Below, piece by piece: positions 17,101 through 24,706 of a DNA stretch of 64,000 bases. Numbering within the stretch: the stretch's first letter is position 1; every line of letters begins with the position of its first letter. The notes below the pieces were generated by a model, which was given only the letters and a program-made list of their open reading frames with translations, made no database searches and was not told the origin of the DNA. The stretch lies in NCBI RefSeq assembly GCF_013002225.1, contig NZ_JABDKL010000061.1. The stretch is one strand, 5' to 3'. The DNA is from Winogradskyella sp. (GTDB lineage: Bacteria; Bacteroidota; Bacteroidia; Flavobacteriales; Flavobacteriaceae). A program made the position numbers and the translations under genes.

Positions 17101-18499
17101 ATTGAATGAGGACTGGATTTACACGATTTTCATCTTCCTGATCGTGACGCATCAACTCAATATATAAGTCATCCTTAAATGTGTCTTTCCACCAAATTAA
17201 TGCCTCTTCTGCCTGGCTTTCGCCAACATTGAGAACCTTACTGGGCACTTCGCCATATAGATTTCCTGTTAAACAAATGAGATCTTCCTTGTAGTGTTCA
17301 ATAAGTTTTTTATCAATTCTGGGTACATAATAGAACCCATCAGTAAATGCGGCAGATGATAGTTTAGCAAGATTATGATACCCCTTTTTAGACTTGGCCA
17401 ATAACACGATCTGATAACCATTATCTTTTCTGGTTTTATCCAGATGGTTTTCACAGACAAAAAATTCACATCCAATTATAGGCTTTATAAGTGTACCCTT
17501 TTTTTCTTCTCCATTTTCATCGGCTTCTTTATGCTGCGCTTTAACCGTTTTATTATGGTTTGAAACTGCACTTACAAAATGAAATGCACCCATCATATTT
17601 CCGTGATCGGTTATAGCAACCGCTGGCATATTTTCTTTTGCTGCTGCTGAAACTAAATCTTTTACACTTATGGTCGATTGAAGAATTGAAAACTGAGAAT
17701 GATTGTGTAAGTGAACAAAATCTACTTCGGCTAACTGTGCCGCAGCCTCTTTATTGGTTTGTAAAGGCGAAGCTTCGGCTTGTTCTTTTTGAAGTCGTGC
17801 ATTGATCTTAGCACTTTCGCGCTTAAGATTAATATGTTTTAACCCTATTAATTGAATTTCTGAAGGGTTTTCTTTAGCAAATTTTTCGAAATAATCAGGC
17901 TGTACATCGAGTTGCTCCTCAGTATACTGCTTTAAACGCACCAACTCTAAAAAACAGCGCGTTGTAGCCTCCACATCTGCCGTTGCATTATGGGCTTCTG
18001 CAAATGGTGTTTTAAACAAAAATTGATGCAACTCTGTTAAAGTTGGTAACTTAAATTTACCATAACGCCCGCCTGGTATTTGGCATAATTCTGCGGTATG
18101 CTCTGTACACGTGTCTAATACAGGAAGTTCTTGAAGCGGATTGGAGATATCTTCTCTCACAAACTCGGCTCCCATTATATTTAAATCGAACTTAACATTT
18201 TGACCTACAACAAATTTAGTCTTTGACAAAGCGCTATTAAACTTCTCTAAAACTTCTGTAAGTGGCACGCCTTTCTCCTCTGCTAACTCAGTAGAAATAC
18301 CGTGTATTTTTTCAGCATCGTAGGGAATATTGAAACCCTCAGGTTTTACAAGGAAATCCTGATGATCAACACAATTGCCCATCGCGTCATGCAGCTGCCA
18401 GGCTATCTGGATACATCTTGGCCAATTATCAGTGTCTGTAATTGGCGCATCCCATCGTTTTGGCAAACCCGTAGTTTCTGTGTCGAATATTAAATACAT
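14114..18499 (-). CDS. dnaE: DNA polymerase III alpha subunit with fused N-terminal DEDDh 3'-5' exonuclease domain
   Basis: N-terminus has IFDTETTGL, GQNVKFDLNIM and HNATADVEAT (Exo I-III). Then PHP domain HLHNHSQFSILQS...ITDHGNMMG, the polymerase core, and a C-terminal OB fold. 1461 aa. Confidence 0.95.
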   Translation of the reverse strand: MYLIFDTETTGLPKRWDAPITDTDNWPRCIQIAWQLHDAMGNCVDHQDFLVKPEGFNIPYDAEKIHGISTELAEEKGVPLTEVLEKFNSALSKTKFVVGQNVKFDLNIMGAEFVREDISNPLQELPVLDTCTEHTAELCQIPGGRYGKFKLPTLTELHQFLFKTPFAEAHNATADVEATTRCFLELVRLKQYTEEQLDVQPDYFEKFAKENPSEIQLIGLKHINLKRESAKINARLQKEQAEASPLQTNKEAAAQLAEVDFVHLHNHSQFSILQSTISVKDLVSAAAKENMPAVAITDHGNMMGAFHFVSAVSNHNKTVKAQHKEADENGEEKKGTLIKPIIGCEFFVCENHLDKTRKDNGYQIVLLAKSKKGYHNLAKLSSAAFTDGFYYVPRIDKKLIEHYKEDLICLTGNLYGEVPSKVLNVGESQAEEALIWWKDTFKDDLYIELMRHDQEDENRVNPVLIQFAHKHNVKLVATNNTYYVEQENANAHDILLCVKDGEKQATPIGRGRGYRYGLPNQEYYFKSSEEMKALFRDLPEAIVNIKEVVDKIEPFELARDVLLPAFDIPNEFKHEEDEADGGKRGENAYLKHLTYEGAKKRYGEITSEIKERLDFELSVIENTGYPGYFLIVEDFIREARKMDVSVGPGRGSAAGSVVAYCLWITNIDPIEYDLLFERFLNPDRVSMPDIDIDFDDEGRGRVMQYVIDKYGANQVAQIITYGTMAAKSSIRDTARVLDLPLNEADHIAKLIPTMSKLGKIFGLDEKELAKKFRQEDLEKVNELLNISDGEDLQAETVNQARILEGSVRNTGIHACGVIITPGDITNYVPVSVAKDSDLYVTQFDNSVVESAGLLKMDFLGLKTLTLIKDTVKIVKAKHGIELDPESFPLDDEKTYELFQKGETVGIFQYESPGMQKHMKHLKPTVFDDLIAMNALYRPGPMEYIPSFIRRKHGDEEIVYDLPETEEYLAETYGITVYQEQVMLLSQKLADFTKGEADVLRKAMGKKQKAVLDKMKPKFIEQAAAKGMDKEKLEKIWKDWEAFASYAFNKSHSTCYAWIAYQTAYLKAHYPAEYMAAVLSNNMNDIKSVTFFMEECKRMRLPVLGPDVNESYYKFSVNKDNAVRFGMGAIKGVGHGAVKTIVEGRKENGHYKSIFDLAKRIDLRAANKKSFEGLANAGGFDCFSDTHRAQYFAHDGDGITFLEKAIKYGARHQENENSAQVSLFGASSDVQIAEPQVPPCEDWGTMEKLSREKEVVGIYISGHPLDDFKIEMKTFCNGTVSNFNDLESILNREITFGGVVTDVQHRVSKQGKGWALFTIEDYTDSFEFRIFGEDYLKFRHFFVVNSFVYVRAFVKEGWVNRDTGKKGEPRIQFNSFQLLHDVMDTYAKKLSIQLNIDDLGEGKISALHDILKIHDGNNTLNFVVYDNKEKIKVHMPSRKQKVKISQELLNELKEHDVKYKLN

Positions 18500-18675
18500 A
18501 AATAATATAGCTCTTAATTATCCTTTTTGACGTCGTCGAAAAATCTATCTTATCTTATCAAAATGAGAGATTTACATAACGTGTAATGTGACAATTGATC
18601 ATAAAAAAGTTAGCCCATAAAATTACGCAGAATTTGCACCTTGTAGAAATGAAGTTATAAACAGTTTTAAACAAA

Positions 18676-18701
18676 AAAAACCATGCACTTGCATGGTTTT
18701 T
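18676..18701. terminator. bidirectional hairpin terminator (serves the minus-strand gene ending at 18724)
   Basis: AAAAACCATGC-actt-GCATGGTTTTT, with an A-run and a T-run on either side. Confidence 0.7.
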
Positions 18702-18723
18702 AATTTACATATGTAAAGACATA

Positions 18724-19173
18724 TTAAGCTGAGACAGCTTCAAAATTTTCTGCTTTACTTATTGTTGCCTCAATGGAATTTCGCTGCTTTCTCAAAATAT
18801 TAGTTATTGAGATCGGCATACTAGCGTTAGACAACATCTCATTGTATTCTTCCAAACTGGACTTTTCTCCCCTTAAGGTTTCTTCTAACATAGCTTCCTC
18901 ATTATTTGATGAGAATGCAGCCTTAAGCGACATCCAATTCCTATGAATTTCTCCAGTTATGTTGCCTGAATTTTCTGGAATTTCTCCAGTTCCCCAGACT
19001 TCGGCTCTAAGTTCTTTTACAAATCGCGCACGTTCTTCTGCACAATGCTTAAAAAAACTTTTTACTTCTGAGTTTTCAACTTTATCAATGGCCTTGGAAT
19101 AACCCTCCTTAGCATTCATGTTTTTTTCTATTAATTCGTTTAATCTATTTGATATTTCTTTTTCGTACTTCAT
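18724..19173 (-). CDS. PA2169/DUF2383-family four-helix-bundle (ferritin-like) protein, paralog 1
   Basis: 149 aa. Has the EGY..AIDKV....VK.FF......ER..F..EL and HRNWMSLKA.FSSNNEEA pattern typical of this family. Confidence 0.7.
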   Translation of the reverse strand: MKYEKEISNRLNELIEKNMNAKEGYSKAIDKVENSEVKSFFKHCAEERARFVKELRAEVWGTGEIPENSGNITGEIHRNWMSLKAAFSSNNEEAMLEETLRGEKSSLEEYNEMLSNASMPISITNILRKQRNSIEATISKAENFEAVSA

Positions 19174-19254
19174 GTTCTTTTCTTTTAATTATATTAGTAT
19201 TTCTACAATGTAAGTTGTTTACATCTGCTTGTTTGATCTATGTATCACTATTAA

Positions 19255-19704
19255 TTAGGAGACTAATTCTTCATGTACCTTTTCAGTGTTAATTGCCGCT
19301 TGTATTGCATTACGATGTTTTATTAATAAGGCATCAATACTTGGTGGCAAGTTTCTTTCTTCTAGCAGATCATTGTACAACTCCAGACTAGACTCTTCTC
19401 CTCTAATAGCTTCTTCTAATATAGCTTCTTCGTTATTTGAAGAAAATGTTGCTTTTAAACTCATCCAATTTCTATGGGCGGCGCCCTTAAAGCTGCCAGA
19501 GTCTTCTGGCAATTGTCCGTATTGTAATATTTCTGTTCTTAACTCTTTAGCAAATTGACTGCGTTCTGAGGCCATCCGTTTAAAAAACATCTTTACCCTT
19601 TTACTATCTACATTATCAATAGCGTTTAAATAACCCTTTTCGGCGTCATAATTTTTAACTAATAAATCGTTTAATTTGTTTGAAATTTCTTCTCTATACT
19701 CCAT
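19255..19704 (-). CDS. PA2169/DUF2383-family four-helix-bundle protein, paralog 2
   Basis: 149 aa and colinear with paralog 1 without gaps. About half the positions are identical by eye. Confidence 0.7.
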   Translation of the reverse strand: MEYREEISNKLNDLLVKNYDAEKGYLNAIDNVDSKRVKMFFKRMASERSQFAKELRTEILQYGQLPEDSGSFKGAAHRNWMSLKATFSSNNEEAILEEAIRGEESSLELYNDLLEERNLPPSIDALLIKHRNAIQAAINTEKVHEELVS

Positions 19705-19833
19705 ATGTCTTTTTCATTTAAATTTTCAATAAATTCTTTATAGTTGCTTATTGTTTAACAACACTTCAATATAAAGTTTTGTGTAAGAAAAATCGAACAA
19801 ATTAACATCTTTAACAAAGACTTAATTCTTTTT

Positions 19834-19864
19834 AACAAAAAAACGCTTCCATTAGGAAACGTTT
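19834..19864 (-). terminator. terminator after the TSP3-repeat lipoprotein gene
   Basis: AAACGCTTCC-atta-GGAAACGTTT (one mismatch), followed on the minus strand by TTTTTTG. Confidence 0.6.
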
Positions 19865-19889
19865 CACTTTTCTTTAGAATTTTTTGGTA

Positions 19890-21179
19890 TTAAGCCTGCA
19901 AATAGTCCGGTACTCCATTACTATCTGAATCGACAGCGTCTGATGGATTCCCGTCTCCATTTGGATCTGCATTTTCATTTATAGTAAGCGTAGAGTCACC
20001 ATCATCATCGTTATCTAAATAGTCTGCAATACCATTACCATCTGTATCTCCTGTCTCAAAATTAGAGAACAATCCATCGCCATCATCATCGTTATCTAAA
20101 TAGTTGACATCACCATCGCCATCTGTATCTATTGGATTACCATTTGCATCTACAGCTTCACTTGCTGTAAGAACCCCATCGCCGTCATCGTCGTCGTCCA
20201 GATAATTTGCTATACCATCACCATCAATATCGTCATTGTTTAAATCACCATCGCCATTAAAATCTTCAAAAACATTAGGTACACCATCATTATCGTTGTC
20301 ATTACAATCTAGTGCATCTAGTTCGGCCTGGATACTACCATTAGCATCACCACAAAAATTTATTTGCTCCTGCAAGTAAAATTGAAATTGAGTGCATTGC
20401 ATTGCATAATTACCAATAGTTGAAGCATTGTATTGTGTTTCTGCTTCAATTCTATTTGCAGTAGCTTGGTCACAACTAATCTGACAACTACCTAGTGCAT
20501 CAATGGTATCTTGAATACTACCGTCTGCATCACCACAAAAATTACGCTGAACATTTAAAGCATTAATATACGCATTGCATGCTACAGAAAACACACTACT
20601 ATCAATATACTGAAGGTCGGACGCAAAAGTCGCTTCATAAGCTAACCTAGCCATATCCGCATCCTCTTGAACATCTACGCAGGTTATTGGGTTGTCAGGA
20701 AATTCTCCTGAAACTAAAGGAACTCTAAAAAATATACCATTAGTATAACCCACAGAATTTAAGCCAGAAGCATCAAATGCCAAAAATCGATAGGTCCCTG
20801 TAAATCTGCGATTAACAAAATCTATTTCTTCTATTACAATCTCACCTAACTCCGGATAAATGGATACACTAGGATCCGGGGAATTATTTGTAGAATATCT
20901 AGTACCAAATCCATCAATGTATTCTGCTTCAATTGAATTTACATTACCAACTACAAAAGTGCCTTCTACTACCGAGGGCAACCGTAAATTGACGGTTTCC
21001 AAATTGTTAGTACCTGTTATAGTTAAAGCTCCAGCAGCGTCGATACTCGCAGAAAATGCTTCGGCTCTCCACAACCGGTTTTCCCTATCGCCCTGAAAAG
21101 CAGGAGTACTAAATTCTACTTCGTCACCACAGCTAGAAATTGTTAGGCAAACAAGTGCTAAAAGGATAAGTTTCTTCAT
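19890..21179 (-). CDS. lipoprotein with C-terminal thrombospondin type-3-like Ca-binding Asp-rich repeats
   Basis: Lipobox LTISSCG. C-terminal 140 aa consist of repeated DxDxDGxxDxxD units (DNDNDGVPN, DIDGDGIANYLDDDDDGDG, DTDGDGDVNYLDNDDDGDG and others). Duplicated NFCGDA(D/N)GSIQ..(I/L)DAL Cys motif. Confidence 0.8.
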   Translation of the reverse strand: MKKLILLALVCLTISSCGDEVEFSTPAFQGDRENRLWRAEAFSASIDAAGALTITGTNNLETVNLRLPSVVEGTFVVGNVNSIEAEYIDGFGTRYSTNNSPDPSVSIYPELGEIVIEEIDFVNRRFTGTYRFLAFDASGLNSVGYTNGIFFRVPLVSGEFPDNPITCVDVQEDADMARLAYEATFASDLQYIDSSVFSVACNAYINALNVQRNFCGDADGSIQDTIDALGSCQISCDQATANRIEAETQYNASTIGNYAMQCTQFQFYLQEQINFCGDANGSIQAELDALDCNDNDNDGVPNVFEDFNGDGDLNNDDIDGDGIANYLDDDDDGDGVLTASEAVDANGNPIDTDGDGDVNYLDNDDDGDGLFSNFETGDTDGNGIADYLDNDDDGDSTLTINENADPNGDGNPSDAVDSDSNGVPDYLQA

Positions 21180-21338
21180 TGTAATTCAGGTAAATTATTA
21201 ATGCATTTAATATAACGAGACGAGAACATCAAAAGTATAATAATTTTTTTACAGAGCCTATCTTGTATTTTTCTTTTAGTCAAAGTATTAGACACATAAG
21301 TTAATGGAAAAATATGCAATCTAATTAAAAAAATATAT

Positions 21339-21346
21339 TATCTTTG
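21339..21346 (+). promoter_or_regulatory. candidate Bacteroidota -7 promoter box upstream of rpsP
   Basis: TATCTTTG matches TAnnTTTG and lies 47 nt upstream of the rpsP ATG. No clear -33 TTG element is seen. Confidence 0.3.
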
Positions 21347-21392
21347 CGCCCTCATTAATAACAGAGGTCGAGAACCTCACTAATTAATTATT

Positions 21393-21977
21393 ATGCCTGT
21401 AAAAATCAGATTACAAAGACACGGTAAAAAAGGAAAACCTTACTACTGGATCGTAGCAGCGGATTCACGCGCTAAAAGAGATGGTAAATACCTTGAGAAA
21501 TTAGGTGCTTACAATCCAAACACAAACCCTGCAACTATCGAGTTAGATGTTGACGGTGCTGTACAATGGTTACAAAATGGTGCACAACCAACCGACACTG
21601 CAAAAGCAATTTTATCTTATAAAGGTGCTATGCTAAAAAATCACTTAGCTGGTGGTGTTAGAAAAGGCGCATTGACCGAAGAGCAAGCAGAAGAAAAATT
21701 TAATGCTTGGTTAGAAGAAAAATTAGCGAAAGTACAAGCGAAAGCAGAAGGTTTATCTAAAGCAGATGCAGATGCTAAAGCAAAAGCTTTAGAAGCTGAG
21801 AAAGCAGTAAACGAAGCTCGTATAGCTGCAGCTGCACCAGTTGTTGAAGAAGAGACTCCTGAAACTCCTGAAAATGTTGACGCAACTGAAGAGGTAGAAG
21901 CCTTAGAAGAAGCGGCAGAAGAAGGTGCTGCAGCAGCCGATTCCGAAGTAGCGGAAGCAAAAAAAGAAGAAGAGTAA
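21393..21977 (+). CDS. rpsP: 30S ribosomal protein S16 with long Ala/Glu-rich C-terminal extension
   Basis: MPVKIRLQRHGKKGKPYYWIVAADSRAKRDGKYLEKLGAYNP is the canonical S16 N-terminus. Residues from about 85 to 194 are low-complexity A/E/K. Confidence 0.95.
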   Translation: MPVKIRLQRHGKKGKPYYWIVAADSRAKRDGKYLEKLGAYNPNTNPATIELDVDGAVQWLQNGAQPTDTAKAILSYKGAMLKNHLAGGVRKGALTEEQAEEKFNAWLEEKLAKVQAKAEGLSKADADAKAKALEAEKAVNEARIAAAAPVVEEETPETPENVDATEEVEALEEAAEEGAAAADSEVAEAKKEEE

Positions 21978-22000
21978 AAATTTATTAATTTATACTTTCA

Positions 22001-22030
22001 AACTCCGATATTTACTATCGGAGTTTTTTA
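22001..22030 (+). terminator. terminator or attenuator between rpsP and rimM
   Basis: AACTCCGATA-tttac-TATCGGAGTT followed by TTTTTT. Confidence 0.7.
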
Positions 22031-22058
22031 TTTATTATAAGTATTTTAAGCATTAAAT

Positions 22059-22589
22059 ATGAAAAAGGAAGATTGCTTTTATTTAGGTAAAATTGTTAAA
22101 AAGTATAGTTTTAAAGGAGAGCTTTTGGCTAAACTGGATACTGACGAACCTGATTTATATGATAATTTAGATGCTATATTTATTGATCTTAGAGGTAATT
22201 TAGTACCCTTTTTTATAGAATCCTCTCAACTTCACAAATCTAATCTTCTACGATTAAAATTCGAGGACGTCGATACAGAAGAAGATGCTGACGCATTGCT
22301 AAAAACCGATTTATTTTTACCGCTTAACTTATTGCCAAAACTCGACGGGAATAAATTTTACTTTCATGAAGTTATTGGCTTTACAATAAAGGATGTTAAT
22401 TTTGGAGAGGTCGGGATATTAAAAGAAATTAATGATTCTACAGCACAAGCATTATTCCAAATAGATAGGAATGGTGTTGAAATTCTAATCCCAATGAATG
22501 ATGAATTTATTGCTAAGGTGGATAGAAAAAATAAAGTTATTGAAGTTAAAACTCCAGAAGGGCTTATAGATCTCTATCTGGAAAATTAG
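22059..22589 (+). CDS. rimM: 16S rRNA processing protein RimM
   Basis: Position after rpsP. GKIVKKYSFKGELLAKL N-terminal barrel and a PRC-barrel-like C-terminus. Confidence 0.85.
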   Translation: MKKEDCFYLGKIVKKYSFKGELLAKLDTDEPDLYDNLDAIFIDLRGNLVPFFIESSQLHKSNLLRLKFEDVDTEEDADALLKTDLFLPLNLLPKLDGNKFYFHEVIGFTIKDVNFGEVGILKEINDSTAQALFQIDRNGVEILIPMNDEFIAKVDRKNKVIEVKTPEGLIDLYLEN

Positions 22590-22590
22590 G

Positions 22591-22668
22591 TTGTCATTCC
22601 TGCGCAGGCAGGAATCCAATAAATAGTTCTACAATTGAAATAGATTTCTCTCTTCTTAGGAATGACAA
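22591..22668. repeat. REP-like palindromic element with two alternative pairings
   Basis: ATTCCTGC-gcag-GCAGGAAT (22596-22615) forms a local hairpin. TTGTCATTCC (22591-22600) is also complementary to GGAATGACAA (22659-22668), which ends 3 nt before the next ATG. Confidence 0.6.
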
Positions 22669-22671
22669 AAC

Positions 22672-23385
22672 ATGAATAAGCCATTTAAATTCAAACAATT
22701 CACAGTTAATCAAGACCGATGCGCTATGAAAATTGGTACTGACGGCGTATTACTTGGTGCTTGGACCTCATTACTCAATAATCCGTTTTCAGTTTTAGAT
22801 ATTGGCGCTGGCACAGGTATTCTAAGCCTTATGCTCACGCAGCGTAGTGATGCGCAAACTATAGAAGCGATTGAAATTGATGCTGATGCCTATGAGCAAT
22901 GTTCTGAAAATTTTGAGAACTCTCCATGGTCTGATCGATTGTTTTGCTACCATGCTTCACTTCTCGAATTTGTTGAAGAAATCGATGATAAATATGACCT
23001 TATAATTTCGAATCCACCCTTCTATTCAGACAACTATAAAACCAAAAATAAATCTCGGGATCTGGCGCGTTTCAATGATGCTATGCCTTTTGAACATCTT
23101 ATTTATGCCGCTGCAAACTTACTTTCAGATAATGGAATTTTCTCAGTAGTAATTCCCCATAAAGAAGAAGGTAAATTAATTGAATTGGCGTCAAAAGTAG
23201 GTTTACTCCCTAATCGCATTCTACACGTAAAAGGCCAACCAAATTCAGAAATTAAACGAAGTTTATTAGAATTTTCTTTTGATGAAACTAAAACAATCAT
23301 CTCTGAATTAACTATTGAAATTTCGCGCCATCACTATACAGAAGATTACATTAAGCTCACCAAAAATTTTTACTTAAATATGTAG
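22672..23385 (+). CDS. tRNA1(Val) (adenine37-N6)-methyltransferase-like SAM methyltransferase (YfiC/TrmN6 family)
   Basis: FKFKQFTVNQDRCAMKIGTDGVLLGAW, SAM motif DIGAGTGILSL, and catalytic NPPF. Confidence 0.8.
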   Translation: MNKPFKFKQFTVNQDRCAMKIGTDGVLLGAWTSLLNNPFSVLDIGAGTGILSLMLTQRSDAQTIEAIEIDADAYEQCSENFENSPWSDRLFCYHASLLEFVEEIDDKYDLIISNPPFYSDNYKTKNKSRDLARFNDAMPFEHLIYAAANLLSDNGIFSVVIPHKEEGKLIELASKVGLLPNRILHVKGQPNSEIKRSLLEFSFDETKTIISELTIEISRHHYTEDYIKLTKNFYLNM

Positions 23386-23539
23386 CACCTAACCATATTT
23401 TTTTAGAATTATGTCTGCGCATATCACTATTTTTTAAACAGATAATCATAGATATTATGATTAAAGTGTCCTCACTGAAAAATTTATTATTTACTAAATT
23501 TTGATGTATTTTTAAGTTGTTAATTTAAAACCAAAACTC

Positions 23540-24574
23540 GTGAGTACCGATAAAATTGATATTTCTGCACTTAATTTACTAAAGACACTTTTACTTATTG
23601 GAGGCGTATTTGCATTACTTTATTACGGTAAAAATCTAATAATGCCTTTATTAGTTGCTGCCATAATCGCTATCCTATTGGATAATGCAGTGCAAAGGTT
23701 TAAAAGCCTAGGAATGGCCCGTTGGTTTTCTATAACATTAGCCGTTTTACTTATGGTTATAGTATTTACATTGCTTTTTTGGGCGTTAAGTTCACAAATA
23801 AATAATATAGCAGAAGACTGGTCTACTATACGAGATAAAGCCACAGAAAAACTAAACGCTATATCTCAATGGGCTAATAGCTACTTAAATTGGGACTATA
23901 AAGACTATATAGACAACAATAAAAAAGTTGTTCAGAGAGCAGAAGATTTAGCAAGTTCATTTTTATCGTCATTAATGTCCTTAATGTCTCAATCTTTAAT
24001 CATTTTTGTCTATGTCATTTTATTTCTAATACAGAAGCAGCAGTTTATAAACTTTTTCAAAAAACTGTTTAAAGATCGATCTGGGATCAATTCTTTGTTA
24101 AAAGATTCGGCTCAAATCACTAGAAACTATTTTGTAGGCAAAGGAAAAATTATGCTGATCTTAATTGTCATTTATTACATTGGATTTTTGATTGGCTCAG
24201 TTCCCTACGCCCTATTTTTAGCCTTATTTGCGGCCTTGTTTTCTATTATTCCCTATTTAGGAAACGTCATTGGTGGCGGTGTAGCTGTAATTCTTTCCTA
24301 TTTGTATGCAGGTGCTACACCAGCCTTAATTGTTATCGGAGTTGTGGCGGCTACCCAACTTATCGAAAATTATGTGTTAACACCTTGGATTATCGGTGAT
24401 GAAATAGAATTAAGCCCCTTTATAACCATTTTTGGTATAATTTTATTTTCGGCACTATGGGGTGTTGTGGGTGCTATTATATCTCTACCGTTGATAGGCG
24501 TTCTAAAAGTTGTCTTTGAACACACCAAAGGTATGGAAGCCTATGCCTATTTATTTCAAAAAACAGATGATTAG
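23540..24574 (+). CDS. AI-2E family transporter (PerM/UPF0118)
   Basis: GTG start. Eight-helix hydrophobic profile with the characteristic IPYLG...G tail region of the family. Confidence 0.75.
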   Translation: MSTDKIDISALNLLKTLLLIGGVFALLYYGKNLIMPLLVAAIIAILLDNAVQRFKSLGMARWFSITLAVLLMVIVFTLLFWALSSQINNIAEDWSTIRDKATEKLNAISQWANSYLNWDYKDYIDNNKKVVQRAEDLASSFLSSLMSLMSQSLIIFVYVILFLIQKQQFINFFKKLFKDRSGINSLLKDSAQITRNYFVGKGKIMLILIVIYYIGFLIGSVPYALFLALFAALFSIIPYLGNVIGGGVAVILSYLYAGATPALIVIGVVAATQLIENYVLTPWIIGDEIELSPFITIFGIILFSALWGVVGAIISLPLIGVLKVVFEHTKGMEAYAYLFQKTDD

Positions 24575-24651
24575 GCTAAGCAGCTTTAAATTCGTTACCA
24601 CCTCAATCTTAACACTATACAAATAAGGGTTAAATGTGAAACGGGATTAAA

Positions 24652-24682
24652 TTGTAACATGCTACTGATTTCCTTACTTTTG
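24652..24682 (+). promoter_or_regulatory. candidate Bacteroidota sigmaA promoter for the acyl-CoA dehydrogenase gene
   Basis: ATTG at 24651-24654, a 20-nt spacer, then TACTTTTG (24675-24682, matching TAnnTTTG), 25 nt upstream of the ATG. Confidence 0.35.
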
Positions 24683-24706
24683 TATTTCGAAATGTAAATA
24701 TAAAAT

